Positions 14,539-27,664 of a DNA stretch of 64,000 nt are shown here, one piece after another. The stretch lies in NCBI RefSeq assembly GCF_003334765.1, contig NZ_QOWT01000001.1. One strand, written 5' to 3'. The DNA comes from Escherichia coli (GTDB lineage Bacteria > Pseudomonadota > Gammaproteobacteria > Enterobacterales > Enterobacteriaceae). The notes beneath the pieces were generated by a model. The model was given only the letters and a program-made list of their open reading frames with translations, did no database searches and was not told the DNA's origin. A program made the position numbers and the translations under genes. The stretch's first letter is position 1, and every line of letters starts with the position of its first letter.

Positions 14539-14903
14539 CAGGATCTCCCGCTACGCTTAAGCAAATTTTTCATGACCGACTGAAAATCGGTCTGCGGTAT
14601 CTCTTCTGTTGGTGCTGAAGGGGGAAGTTTATGCAGCAGATTGATTTGCCCTGCGGTAACGCCGAGCACCAGCCGTGCATCTTCCACATCGACCACCACA
14701 ACCCGTTCACGCGCGCCCAGCGAAGCACTGGCGCTAATTTTCAGACCGTTAACGCCAGTGCGTTTAGGGGCAAATCCCAGCCGTTTTATCAGCCAGGCAG
14801 CAGCGAGGATCAGGGCAATAATGGTGATGAGTGCGCCGCTCACCTGCAGCAGTGGCGCAGCAGAAACCGGCGCGGAAGATTGCACAGTAGCGTGGTTATT
14901 CAT
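14538..14903 (-). CDS. fliO: flagellar protein FliO
   Basis: ORF track 14538..14906; single-TM protein [19 protein letters not shown]... Confidence 0.85.
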   Translation of the reverse strand: MNNHATVQSSAPVSAAPLLQVSGALITIIALILAAAWLIKRLGFAPKRTGVNGLKISASASLGARERVVVVDVEDARLVLGVTAGQINLLHKLPPSAPTEEIPQTDFQSVMKNLLKRSGRS

Positions 14904-14905
14904 CA

Positions 14906-15319
14906 CTAACGGCTCAGGCGACGCATTCGCTCAGACGGAGTAATGATATCGGTGATCCGCACGCCATATTTATCGGCAACGACCACCACTTCGCCCTGGG
15001 CGATTAAATAACCGTTGATCAGAATATCCAGTGGTTCGCCCGCCAGACCGTCCAGCGCCACGACGGACCCTTGCGTCAGACGCAACAGCTCTTTGATGGT
15101 CATCCGCGTACGGCCCAGTTCGACGGTCAGCTTGACCGGAATATCCATAATCAGGTCGATATCCTGCAACGTTCCGCTGACATCACCACCGCCAAATTGC
15201 TGGAACACCGCGTCGGCAGCGCTTTTGCTACTGGTTGATTTTTGTTCGCTCAACGCTTCAGCCCACAGATCGTCCATTGCGCCGTTGTTGTCATCGGCCG
15301 GATTATTCATGTCACTCAT
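14906..15319 (-). CDS. fliN: flagellar motor switch protein FliN
   Basis: 137 aa ORF. Confidence 0.9.
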   Translation of the reverse strand: MSDMNNPADDNNGAMDDLWAEALSEQKSTSSKSAADAVFQQFGGGDVSGTLQDIDLIMDIPVKLTVELGRTRMTIKELLRLTQGSVVALDGLAGEPLDILINGYLIAQGEVVVVADKYGVRITDIITPSERMRRLSR

Positions 15320-16320
15320 TTGGGCTGTTCCTCGTTCAGAGAATTTAAAATCGGGTTAATCAAATGTTCTATCCGTAACGCATACTGACCGTTGAGAGTG
15401 CCGTACTGACTGGTCAGCACCGGGACGCCGTCAACATGGGCGATGATGCGGTCGGGTTTTTCTATCGGCAGGACGTCGCCGGGTTTCAGTTTTAAAATCT
15501 GCGACAGGCGTAGCGAGATATCGGCAAAGTTGGCGACCAACTCCAGCTGTGAATGCTGCACCTGGCGCACCAGGTTATCGCGCCAGTTCTGATCTTCATT
15601 ACGCGAGTTTTCCAGCGGCGGGTTAACCAACAATTCCCGTAGCGGCTCGATCATGCTGAATGGCAGGCAGATATTAAATTCGCCGGTCAGGTTGCCAATC
15701 TCCACATGGAACGGCGTGTTAACCACAATGTCGTTCGGCGAGGTGGTGATATTGGTAAATTTCACCTGCATTTCCGAACGCACGTACTCAACTTCCAGCG
15801 GATTAATCGCCTTCCAGGCGTCGCTATAGCCTTCAAGCGCCAGCTTTAACATGCGGTTGATGACGCGCTGTTCGGTATGGGTAAACTCGCGACCTTCCAC
15901 TTTGGTCGGGAAGCGTCCATCGCCGCCAAACAGGTTATCCACGGCGATAAACACCAGACTCGGTGAAAACACCACCAGCCCTGTGCCGCGCAGCGGTTTC
16001 AGATGGATAAGGTTCAGGTTGGTCGGCACCGGCAGGTTGCGGGCAAATTCATGGTACGGCTGAATGCGGATGGCCCCGACGGTTATATCCGGGCTACGAC
16101 GCAGCAGGTTGAACAGCCCCATACGAAAATGGCGGGCAAAGCGCTCATTAATGATTTCCAGCGCCTGCAAACGTTCGCGCACAACCCGTCGTTGGGTATT
16201 CGGATCGTACGGACGAATGTCACTTTCGCCGCTAACACTGGCTGTCGGTTCGTCTTTGACTTCGCTGTCACCATTCAACAGCGCATCAATTTCAGCTTGA
16301 GAAAGAATACTATCGCCCAT
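15316..16320 (-). CDS. fliM: flagellar motor switch protein FliM
   Basis: ORF track 15316..16422; start at ATG 16318-16320 giving MGDSILSQAEIDALL... Confidence 0.9.
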   Translation of the reverse strand: MGDSILSQAEIDALLNGDSEVKDEPTASVSGESDIRPYDPNTQRRVVRERLQALEIINERFARHFRMGLFNLLRRSPDITVGAIRIQPYHEFARNLPVPTNLNLIHLKPLRGTGLVVFSPSLVFIAVDNLFGGDGRFPTKVEGREFTHTEQRVINRMLKLALEGYSDAWKAINPLEVEYVRSEMQVKFTNITTSPNDIVVNTPFHVEIGNLTGEFNICLPFSMIEPLRELLVNPPLENSRNEDQNWRDNLVRQVQHSQLELVANFADISLRLSQILKLKPGDVLPIEKPDRIIAHVDGVPVLTSQYGTLNGQYALRIEHLINPILNSLNEEQPK

Positions 16321-16324
16321 GTCG

Positions 16325-16789
16325 TTATCGCAGAATAAAAGCGGTATACAGCACGTCGGTGACATCCTGTTTCGGTTGCCCGGCAACAAGCGGGGTGGAA
16401 AGCGTGGTTTTAATCTCGGCAATCAGGTTTTTCTTGCCTTCTTCTGTCGCCAGTACGGCAGCATCCTGACGCGAAAACAGTAACAGCAAACGGCTACGGA
16501 CTTCCGGCAAATACTCACTCAGCCGCGAGCGGGTAGCTTCATCTTTCAGGCGCAGGGTTATGCCGATATAAAGTACGCGATCTGCATCGCCCAGATTGAC
16601 CGTAAAGGTATCCAGCGCATAGAAGACCGGGGAGGGCACGACGCGTTGCTGCGCTTTGTCGTCAGCGGCAACCTGATGCGAATGCCAGTAGCTGTAACCT
16701 GCGCTGGCACAGGCCGCGAGGGTAATGAATACCAGAATCGGGATCCAAAGCGATCGCTTGCTTTTCTTGCTTATCGCGTAATCAGTCAT
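16325..16789 (-). CDS. fliL: flagellar basal body-associated protein FliL
   Basis: 154 aa ORF with one TM segment. Confidence 0.9.
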   Translation of the reverse strand: MTDYAISKKSKRSLWIPILVFITLAACASAGYSYWHSHQVAADDKAQQRVVPSPVFYALDTFTVNLGDADRVLYIGITLRLKDEATRSRLSEYLPEVRSRLLLLFSRQDAAVLATEEGKKNLIAEIKTTLSTPLVAGQPKQDVTDVLYTAFILR

Positions 16790-16893
16790 GTGTTGCGGTC
16801 TTCCTGTGTCGCTACTGCTTATCGGCTAATTATCCTGCGTCTTGAGCGCAACAAAGCGGGGAAAAGACGCGGATTACGGTGCTACCTCTGACG

Positions 16894-18021
16894 TTAGGCG
16901 AAAATATCAACGCCGCTGTTGCCTGTTACACGTACTTGTAAAGAGACGGGAACCGGAAGCGTATCGTCGTCTTCCCCCGCCAGAGGTTCATGGTTTGCTG
17001 TGCGTTGGCTTTGCTGTTGCTGGGAAGCGGCCTGCTGCTGACCACTAAAGCTTTCGCCACTGATGTTGCTTTGCCCTAACTGAATGCCACTTTCGGCCAG
17101 CTGCGTTCGCAGTACCGGAAGCGCTGCTTCCAGGGCGGCGCGTACGTGTTGATGCGGTGAAACCATCTGGATTTGCGCCTGGTTATCATCCACTTTGAGG
17201 GAGATTTGCACTTCACCTAAATCCTGCGGGTGCAGACGCAACTCTGCACTTTGTTGCCCCTGGCGGGTGAACAGCGAAATATGCTGGCTTAATGATTGTT
17301 GCCATTCGTGAGAACCCAGCGGTGCACTCAACACAGGCGCGGCGACGGTGGGCAGTGGCTGTGTCTGGTGTGGAGTGATTAGCGGGCTGGCGGCAGCGGT
17401 CACCGGTGAAGGTGTGCTGATGACTTCCGCTTTACTCTGGGCTTCTGCTACCAGCGGTGTTAATGGCTGAGCTGGCGTGCCGGGGGCATCATCAGGCTGT
17501 GCTGTTGTGAGTTGCGCAGAAGTCAGTTTTGTGAAGAGCGTTGGTTTCTCTGCCGGTAACACGGTTGACGGCACATCAGTCACTTTGGGCGTATTGTCAA
17601 AACCCGGCAACATCGCAAAAAGGGCGCTCAGGCTTGCGGTGACGTCTTCATTCAGATCATCCGCTTTTTCGTCTTTTGCCGTATTGTTGCCAGCCACCGC
17701 AGCCAACGTCATCGTTTGAGCGGTGGTTAATGGTGTTGATGTGGATTGTTCGTCGTTGATGACAGGCGGTGTTTCATCCACAGGGATCAGTAAATCCGCT
17801 TGTTGCGCATCGGCAAGAATCTCGCTGACCAGCGGCTCGCCTTTTGTCGTGGGCTTATCTGTTGCCACCAGCAACTGGGGGGCCGCTTTGTCGGTAGTTG
17901 TCTCGCCTGCTAATGCTTCGCTCAACAACGCGAGAAAATCTTGTGCAGCATCGCTGGCTTTGCCGCCAGGCAATGTGGTGGTGTCAACGTCGGCGGTAAT
18001 CAAGGGCGCTAAGCGAATCAT
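16894..18021 (-). CDS. fliK: flagellar hook-length control protein FliK
   Basis: 375 aa Pro/Thr/Ala-rich ORF. Confidence 0.9.
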   Translation of the reverse strand: MIRLAPLITADVDTTTLPGGKASDAAQDFLALLSEALAGETTTDKAAPQLLVATDKPTTKGEPLVSEILADAQQADLLIPVDETPPVINDEQSTSTPLTTAQTMTLAAVAGNNTAKDEKADDLNEDVTASLSALFAMLPGFDNTPKVTDVPSTVLPAEKPTLFTKLTSAQLTTAQPDDAPGTPAQPLTPLVAEAQSKAEVISTPSPVTAAASPLITPHQTQPLPTVAAPVLSAPLGSHEWQQSLSQHISLFTRQGQQSAELRLHPQDLGEVQISLKVDDNQAQIQMVSPHQHVRAALEAALPVLRTQLAESGIQLGQSNISGESFSGQQQAASQQQQSQRTANHEPLAGEDDDTLPVPVSLQVRVTGNSGVDIFA

Positions 18022-18461
18022 TCAGGTTTCCTCATGGCGGCGCGCTGGGCGAACTCATCCATCTTTTTCTGATCGAGGCGGTTTTCTGCAAGCAGTGCCG
18101 CCGTGGATTGCCGTTCCTGCAGTGTCTGCCAGGCCTGCAAACGTTGTTTCTTTTCTCGCCAGCTGTTCAGGGCAATGTCAACTTTCTGCGTCCACTGATT
18201 AAGTTGCTGGCGATGCTGAGTAATGGCTTTTTCCAACGTCTGGATAAACTGCTGATAGTTGATCCAGCGGTTGCTGGTCATCCCGGCACTCATATCGCTA
18301 TTGAGGTTATTGCGATATTCATTCTGATAATCGATCAGCATTTTGAGCTGTTCTTCCGCCTGCTGACATCCGCGACGCATTTCACCCAGCAGGCGCGCGG
18401 CATCCTCTACCTCTTTTTCTGCCAGATCTTTCAGGGTCGCCAGCGCACCATGTTCTGCCAT
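18018..18461 (-). CDS. fliJ: flagellar export chaperone FliJ
   Basis: 147 aa coiled-coil ORF. Confidence 0.9.
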   Translation of the reverse strand: MAEHGALATLKDLAEKEVEDAARLLGEMRRGCQQAEEQLKMLIDYQNEYRNNLNSDMSAGMTSNRWINYQQFIQTLEKAITQHRQQLNQWTQKVDIALNSWREKKQRLQAWQTLQERQSTAALLAENRLDQKKMDEFAQRAAMRKPE

Positions 18462-18479
18462 CTGCCGTTATCTCCTGGG

Positions 18480-19852
18480 TTATGACACTGTCGGGAAAAT
18501 ACGCTCCAGCCCCTGGAGAGACGCTTCCCAGTCCGCGCGTTCAAAAATGCCTTGTTGCAAATAGCCCTCCAGCTGCGGCCACAGGGCGATGGCTTTATCG
18601 AGCATCGGATCGCTGCCTTTGGCATACGCGCCGACGCTAACCAGATCTCGGTTACGCTGAAAACTCGACAACAGCTGTTTGAAGGTGCGCACTCGCGCGT
18701 AATGTTGCTCGCTGATCAACGCCGTCATTGCGCGGCTGATCGACGCTTCAATATCGATAGCCGGATAGTGCCCGGCTTCCGCCAGTCGGCGAGACAGCAC
18801 AATGTGACCGTCGAGGATTGCCCGCGCGGAGTCGGCAATGGGGTCCTGCTGGTCATCGCCCTCGGTGAGCACGGTATAAAACGCGGTAATCGATCCGCCG
18901 CCGCTAATGCCATTTCCGGCACGCTCGACCAGTGCCGGTAATTTGGCAAACACCGACGGGGGATAACCTTTGGTGGCGGGTGGTTCGCCAATCGCCAGCG
19001 CAATTTCACGCTGGGCCATCGCGTAGCGGGTGAGGGAGTCCATAATCAGCAACACATGCTGACCACGATCGCGAAAATCTTCGGCAATGCGCGTGGCATA
19101 GGCGGCACCTTGCATTCGCAGAAGCGGAGAGACATCCGCCGGAGCGGCAATCACCACGGAGCGTGCACGCCCTTCGGCACCGAGGATATTCTCAATAAAA
19201 TCTTTTACTTCGCGCCCACGTTCACCAATCAAACCCACGACAATGACATCGGCGCGGGTGTAACGTGCCATCATCCCCAGCAGCACACTTTTACCAACGC
19301 CGGACCCGGCAAACAGCCCCATACGCTGCCCGCGCCCAACGGTAAGCAGGGCATTGATTGGGCGCACGCCGGTGTCCAGCACATGTTCAATCGGTGTACG
19401 TTGCAACGGGTTAAATGGCGGGGTAATCAGCGCACCGGTTTCCGTCGTATCGGGGGAGGGCAGGCCATCGAGCGGCTTACCGCTGCCGTCCAGAACGCGA
19501 CCTAATAACGCCGGACCGAGCGGCAACTGCTTGCCGCTTTGCAGTCCTTCAGCCGAAATGTTTTTGGCATAAACCCGCGCGCCGGGCAGGACACCTTCCA
19601 CTTCCTCCAGCGGCATTAAAAACAGCCGTTGACCGTTAAAGCCAACGACTTCGCTTTCTACTTCGTGCGTTTCGCTGCCGTTCTGGCGTTCAATGACACA
19701 GGTTGCGCCGAGCGGCAATTGTAATCCGGTGGCTTCCAGCACCAGCCCGGTAGCGCGGGTTAATCGCCCATAGCGACGTACCGCAGGCAACTGCGCCATT
19801 TTGGCTTCAAAGTTATCCAGCGTGGTTAGCCAGCGAGTCAGGCGCGTGGTCA

Positions 19853-19853
<1 letters not shown>
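18480..19853 (-). CDS. fliI: flagellum-specific ATPase FliI
   Basis: 457 aa ORF with Walker A GSGVGKS. Confidence 0.93.
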
Positions 19854-23178
<3,325 letters not shown>

Positions 23179-23392
23179 CGCGCACCTCGTGGCTGATTAT
23201 GGACGGCGTTATTGGCAAAGTGGAACAAGACTCACTCCCGGGTCAGCAAACTCGAAAAATTGACGCTCCCATTATTTGTGCTTTCGTTTTTTTCTATCCG
23301 CCAATAAACCCGTTTTTTTGTTGCTATTTAGCGCCTTTGTCTTATTGACTTACTGGTAGGCTTTGCTACCAGAAATTATCCGGGAGATGAAA

Positions 23393-23707
23393 ATGTCAGC
23401 GATACAGGGGATTGAAGGGGTTATCAGCCAGTTACAGACCACGGCGATGAGTGCGCGTGCGCAGGAATCACTGCCGCAACCGACAATTAGTTTTGCCGGG
23501 CAGCTGCACGCCGCGCTCGATCGCATAAGCGATACACAAACAGCCGCCCGCACGCAGGCAGAAAAATTCACCCTCGGTGAGCCCGGCGTGGCGCTAAACG
23601 ATGTGATGACCGATATGCAAAAAGCCTCAGTTTCTATGCAAATGGGGATTCAGGTGCGTAATAAGCTGGTGGCGGCGTATCAGGAAGTGATGTCCATGCA
23701 GGTGTAG
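23393..23707 (+). CDS. fliE: flagellar hook-basal body protein FliE
   Basis: ORF track 23363..23707; start at ATG 23393 giving [15 protein letters not shown]...; divergent from fliF. Confidence 0.9.
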   Translation: MSAIQGIEGVISQLQTTAMSARAQESLPQPTISFAGQLHAALDRISDTQTAARTQAEKFTLGEPGVALNDVMTDMQKASVSMQMGIQVRNKLVAAYQEVMSMQV

Positions 23708-24050
23708 GTTTTGTAACCTGTTGACTATGCTTGTTTATTATATCCGATCCCACAGCGTGGGGCATGGATGGGGCAAACTCACTCAATTTCTGGTTTAAAA
23801 TGGATACCTGATCCTGAAAGTTTTCTGCCATCCACGATCCGTAAACGCGATAACATGTTTTGTCTTCGCTTTGCTCCCAGGAAGAGTGAACTCATTCGTT
23901 AGCCTGGGGTTCCTTCTGATCATTATTGTTCCTGCCTTTATCTCTTGCCACGCCAGAGCCCCCTGGATACACATACACCAGGATGAAAACGGTGAGTTGT
24001 GTTCAAACTGTAGTACAATTCTCTCCAGTATGAACAGGAAAGAATATGCT

Positions 24051-24383
24051 ATGAACCCTTATATTTATCTTGGTGGCGCAATACTTGCAGAGGTCATTGG
24101 TACAACCTTAATGAAGTTTTCAGAGGGGTTTACACGGTTATGGCCCTCTGTTGGCACAATTATTTGCTATTGTGCATCATTCTGGTTATTAGCTCAGACG
24201 CTGGCTTATATACCTACAGGGATTGCTTATGCTATCTGGTCAGGCGTCGGTATCGTTCTGATTAGTTTGCTTTCCTGGGGATTTTTTGGTCAACGACTGG
24301 ACCTGCCAGCTATCATAGGCATGATGTTGATTTGTGCCGGTGTGTTAGTCATTAACTTGTTGTCACGAAGTGCACCGCATTAA
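24051..24383 (+). CDS. emrE: SMR-family multidrug efflux transporter EmrE
   Basis: ORF track 23871..24383; internal ATG 24051 gives 110 aa MNPYIYLGGAILAEVIGTTLMKFSEGFTRLWPSVG... with four TM segments. Confidence 0.85.
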   Translation: MNPYIYLGGAILAEVIGTTLMKFSEGFTRLWPSVGTIICYCASFWLLAQTLAYIPTGIAYAIWSGVGIVLISLLSWGFFGQRLDLPAIIGMMLICAGVLVINLLSRSAPH

Positions 24384-24551
24384 AAAATAATTATCCTTGA
24401 GATAACAGGAATCTGATTTGTGCATATTATGGCTAATGTTCGGGGCACCTTTATAATTATGATTGCATTTGCGCGATCATTGCGCCTTTATGCATAATGA
24501 GATCAAGGCACATCAAATAAAATAACGATAGGTCACAACAATGAGGTTTTT

Positions 24552-25103
24552 ATGAAAAAACTTATCGTTTCAAGTGTATTGGCATTCATAACATTTTCTG
24601 CGCAGGCCGCAGCATTTCAGGTCACTAGTAATGAAATAAAAACAGGAGAGCAACTTACAACGTCTCATGTATTTTCTGGATTTGGGTGTGAAGGTGGTAA
24701 TACATCGCCCTCATTAACCTGGTCTGGTGCTCCTGAAGGCACCAAAAGCTTTGCCGTAACTGTGTATGATCCAGATGCTCCTACAGGCAGTGGATGGTGG
24801 CACTGGACTGTTGCTAATATTCCAGCAACTGTAACATATTTGCCCGCTGATGCAGGAAGACGTGATGGTACAAAACTTCCGACTGGTGCTGTTCAAGGCC
24901 GAAATGATTTTGGTTATGCAGGATTTGGTGGAGCATGTCCTCCCAAAGGAGATAAACCCCATCATTACCAGTTTAAAGTATGGGCTCTAAAAACTGATAA
25001 AATTCCTGTGGATTCTAATTCCAGCGGAGCGTTAGTTGGTTATATGCTTAATGCCAATAAAATTGCAACCGCTGAGATAACACCAGTTTATGAGATAAAG
25101 TAG
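24552..25103 (+). CDS. ybcL: periplasmic PEBP/RKIP-family protein YbcL
   Basis: 183 aa ORF with signal peptide and PEBP-like motifs (VYDPDAP..., GDKPHHYQFKVWAL). Confidence 0.8.
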   Translation: MKKLIVSSVLAFITFSAQAAAFQVTSNEIKTGEQLTTSHVFSGFGCEGGNTSPSLTWSGAPEGTKSFAVTVYDPDAPTGSGWWHWTVANIPATVTYLPADAGRRDGTKLPTGAVQGRNDFGYAGFGGACPPKGDKPHHYQFKVWALKTDKIPVDSNSSGALVGYMLNANKIATAEITPVYEIK

Positions 25104-25112
25104 GGTAAGAGT

Positions 25113-25910
25113 ATGCTGGCAAAAGATAAGACTAACCTAAAGATTGAAGAAATACGGATGCATAAACATCATGAGATTCACAGGGTTAAGCCTCTTATGC
25201 CAGCTTTATGTCGTATCCGTCAGGGAAAAAAAGTTATCAATTGGGAGACGCATAGTCTAACTGTTGATAATAATCAGATAATATTATTTCCCTGTGGATA
25301 TGAATTTTATATTGCGAATTATCCAGAAGCAGGTCTTTATCTTGCAGAAATGCTTTATTATCCCATTGATCTAATTGAAAAGTTTCAAAAATTTTATGCG
25401 ATAACTGATCAAATTCGTAACACGACAGGTTTCTGCTTACCTCAGAACCCCGAGTTAATATATTGTTGGGAGCAACTAAAAACATCTATTTCCCGAGGCT
25501 TCTCAACGCAAATTCAGGAACACTTAGCAATGGGCGTTCTACTTTCATTAGGAGCACATCATGTTAATTGTTTACTTTTATCAGATAGTAAACAATCATT
25601 AATAAGTCGTTGTTATAACCTAATGCTATCCGAACCTGGAACAAAATGGACAGCAAACAAGGTAGCGAGATATCTCTACATTTCTGTTTCCACATTGCAT
25701 CGCCGTCTGGCAAGCGAGGGAGTAAGTTTTCAAAGTATATTGGACGACGTGAGGTTAAATAATGCGTTGTCTGCTATACAAACGACAGTAAAACCCATCA
25801 GCGAGATTGCCAGGGAAAATGGTTACAAGTGTCCTTCTCGTTTTACTGAAAGGTTCCATAATCGTTTTAAGATAACACCAAGAGAGCTAAGAAAAGCGTC
25901 CAGAGAGTAA
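25113..25910 (+). CDS. ybcM: AraC-family transcriptional regulator YbcM-like
   Basis: 265 aa ORF with C-terminal AraC-type HTH; very AT-rich. Confidence 0.75.
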   Translation: MLAKDKTNLKIEEIRMHKHHEIHRVKPLMPALCRIRQGKKVINWETHSLTVDNNQIILFPCGYEFYIANYPEAGLYLAEMLYYPIDLIEKFQKFYAITDQIRNTTGFCLPQNPELIYCWEQLKTSISRGFSTQIQEHLAMGVLLSLGAHHVNCLLLSDSKQSLISRCYNLMLSEPGTKWTANKVARYLYISVSTLHRRLASEGVSFQSILDDVRLNNALSAIQTTVKPISEIARENGYKCPSRFTERFHNRFKITPRELRKASRE

Positions 25911-26066
25911 AAGTATTTTATGAAGGAGCAACAGCATCGATTTTTATTTTGGAAAATAAATACGGCATACTCAACCTATTGGAGTCTGAACAATCCGGTG
26001 ACTTCTGCGCTAATCGGGGACGTTTCTAAGCACATATAATTGATACTATCTTCCTCCATCACAATT

Positions 26067-26591
26067 TCAGAAATGCACGTGTGATTTTTTTGCATCCGGC
26101 GTTTGGACTATGTGGAGCTCAAGAGTGGGAAAGTTACAAGAGGTTGAGGGGATAATTAAAGGGATGCTTATGACATTAGATATCCGGTTAGGTGCGGATA
26201 TCGTTGTTATTAAATCTAGTTGATACGTTAAGATGCAGCTACTGACAAAATAGCCAGGACTCCACAAAACGCCTTTGTCGTAATACCTGACTGCAATATC
26301 TGGTCGATCTCGTCGCAGTAACCTACTCGATACGCCTTTGAGGCTGTTTACCAGACTGGATATCGCCAGTTTGGGAGGATAGTTAATTAACAAATGGACG
26401 TGATCTGGTCCGCCATCCATTTCAACCCGTTCAGCTTCAAAATCAGCACATACATTTGAAAAGTAAGTGCGTAGTTTTTCTGTCGCGTCATGGTCAAAAA
26501 TCTGACGTCGGTATTTAGTAACGAAGACTAGGTGAACATGCTTCAGGAAAACACAATGCCTTCCGCGTCGGATATCGGTTTCTTTTTTCAT
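26067..26591 (-). CDS. tnpA: IS200/IS605-family transposase TnpA (HuH Y1), possibly 3'-altered
   Basis: ORF track 26067..26636; MKKETDIRRGRHCVFLKHVHLVFVTKYRR... with HuH motif HVHLL; C-terminal tail is low-complexity and longer than typical TnpA. Confidence 0.7.
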   Translation of the reverse strand: MKKETDIRRGRHCVFLKHVHLVFVTKYRRQIFDHDATEKLRTYFSNVCADFEAERVEMDGGPDHVHLLINYPPKLAISSLVNSLKGVSSRLLRRDRPDIAVRYYDKGVLWSPGYFVSSCILTYQLDLITTISAPNRISNVISIPLIIPSTSCNFPTLELHIVQTPDAKKSHVHF

Positions 26592-26905
26592 AGGCCAAAG
26601 TATGATTTGGCCCATGAAACGACTACAGGCATTCAAATTCCGGTTAAGACCAGGTGGTCAACAGGAGCGTGAAATGAGGCGCTTCGCAGGCGCATGTCGT
26701 TTCGTTTTCAATCGTGCTCTGGCGCTTCAGAATGAGAATCATGAGGCCGGTAATAAATACATCCCTTACGGGAAAATGGCTTCCTGGTTGGTTGAGTGGA
26801 AAAATGCCACTGAAACGCAATGGCTTAAAGATTCGCCCTCACAGCCATTGCAACAGTCACTGAAAGACCCTGAGCGGGCTTACAAAAACTTCTTCCGGCT
26901 TCGTC
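26067..26905. mobile_element. degenerate IS200/IS605-family insertion sequence (tnpA plus 5' fragment of tnpB)
   Basis: Divergent tnpA / tnpB start codons about 25 bp apart; tnpB homology ends after about 95 codons; exact ends not determined. Confidence 0.6.
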
Positions 26906-26943
26906 ACCACGCTCAAACGGTGTGCTACCTATCGCGGCTATAA
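26614..26943 (+). pseudogene. tnpB: TnpB (OrfB) N-terminal fragment
   Basis: ORF track 26602..26943; MKRLQAFKFRLRPGGQQEREMRRFAGACRFVFNRAL... matches TnpB N-termini for about 95 aa, then an unrelated tail and stop. Confidence 0.7.
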
Positions 26944-27322
26944 AAACAGCTTGTCCATCAGCACGATAGATAAAATAAGGCTGCTTTTTGTCGCCTTCTT
27001 TTTTCCACTCAAACCAGCCATCGGCAAAACAGATTGCCCGACCATGTTGCCAGAGCGGTTTAAACATGTGACTGGTTGCGGCAGTTTCTACGCGGGCGTT
27101 AATCAGCGGCGGTTTATCCCACCATCCGGGAGCATATCCCCAGAAAACCGGATCCAGATGAAGGTGTTCATCACGTTCACTGAGCAGAAGGACTTTGGTT
27201 CCCGGCGCGACGTTGTATCTGCCAATAGGTTCGGGATCGTAGGGAATATCGCGTTCAATATCTTCCGCGAGAAGCGCAAGGTAATCTTCACGCGTTTGGG
27301 ATTGGGCAAAGCGTCCACACAT
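26825..27322 (-). pseudogene. yedK: SOS-response associated peptidase YedK, 3'-truncated and fused to IS sequence
   Basis: 165 aa ORF MCGRFAQSQTREDYLALLAEDIERDIPYDPEP... is shorter than the 222 aa I recall for full-length YedK; its 3' part overlaps the tnpB fragment on the opposite strand. Confidence 0.7.
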
Positions 27323-27430
27323 AGAAACCTCCTGAGGTCACACTGAAAAGAATAGGAGAGGGGGCGGGTTAAATCTATGTGATAGAGAGGCAACGATATT
27401 CCCGCTGTGGGCCACAGCGGGAATGAGGGA

Positions 27431-27664
27431 TTACTTCTGAATTAAATAACGAATGGTCGGCCCGTCTTGCTGAATATCCAGCACCGTATAGCCGTGATTA
27501 CGCGCATCCAGTGGAATATTATTGATCGACTGCGGACAGTCGCTCACCACTTCCAGGATCTCCCCTTTTTTTAACTGCGGCATCGCCTCAAGGGTTGCGA
27601 CTGCCGGATAAGGGCAGGGTTCACCCACCATATCAAGACGGTAATCAGGAACGATATTTTTCAT
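27431..27664 (-). CDS. yedF: TusA-like sulfurtransferase YedF
   Basis: 77 aa ORF with CPxP motif (GEPCPYP). Confidence 0.88.
   Translation of the reverse strand: MKNIVPDYRLDMVGEPCPYPAVATLEAMPQLKKGEILEVVSDCPQSINNIPLDARNHGYTVLDIQQDGPTIRYLIQK

Noticed and set aside
23871-24050. 60-codon N-terminal extension of the emrE ORF
   Set aside because: The extension is not part of the canonical 110 aa SMR protein; the internal ATG at 24051 gives the expected MNPYIYLGG start
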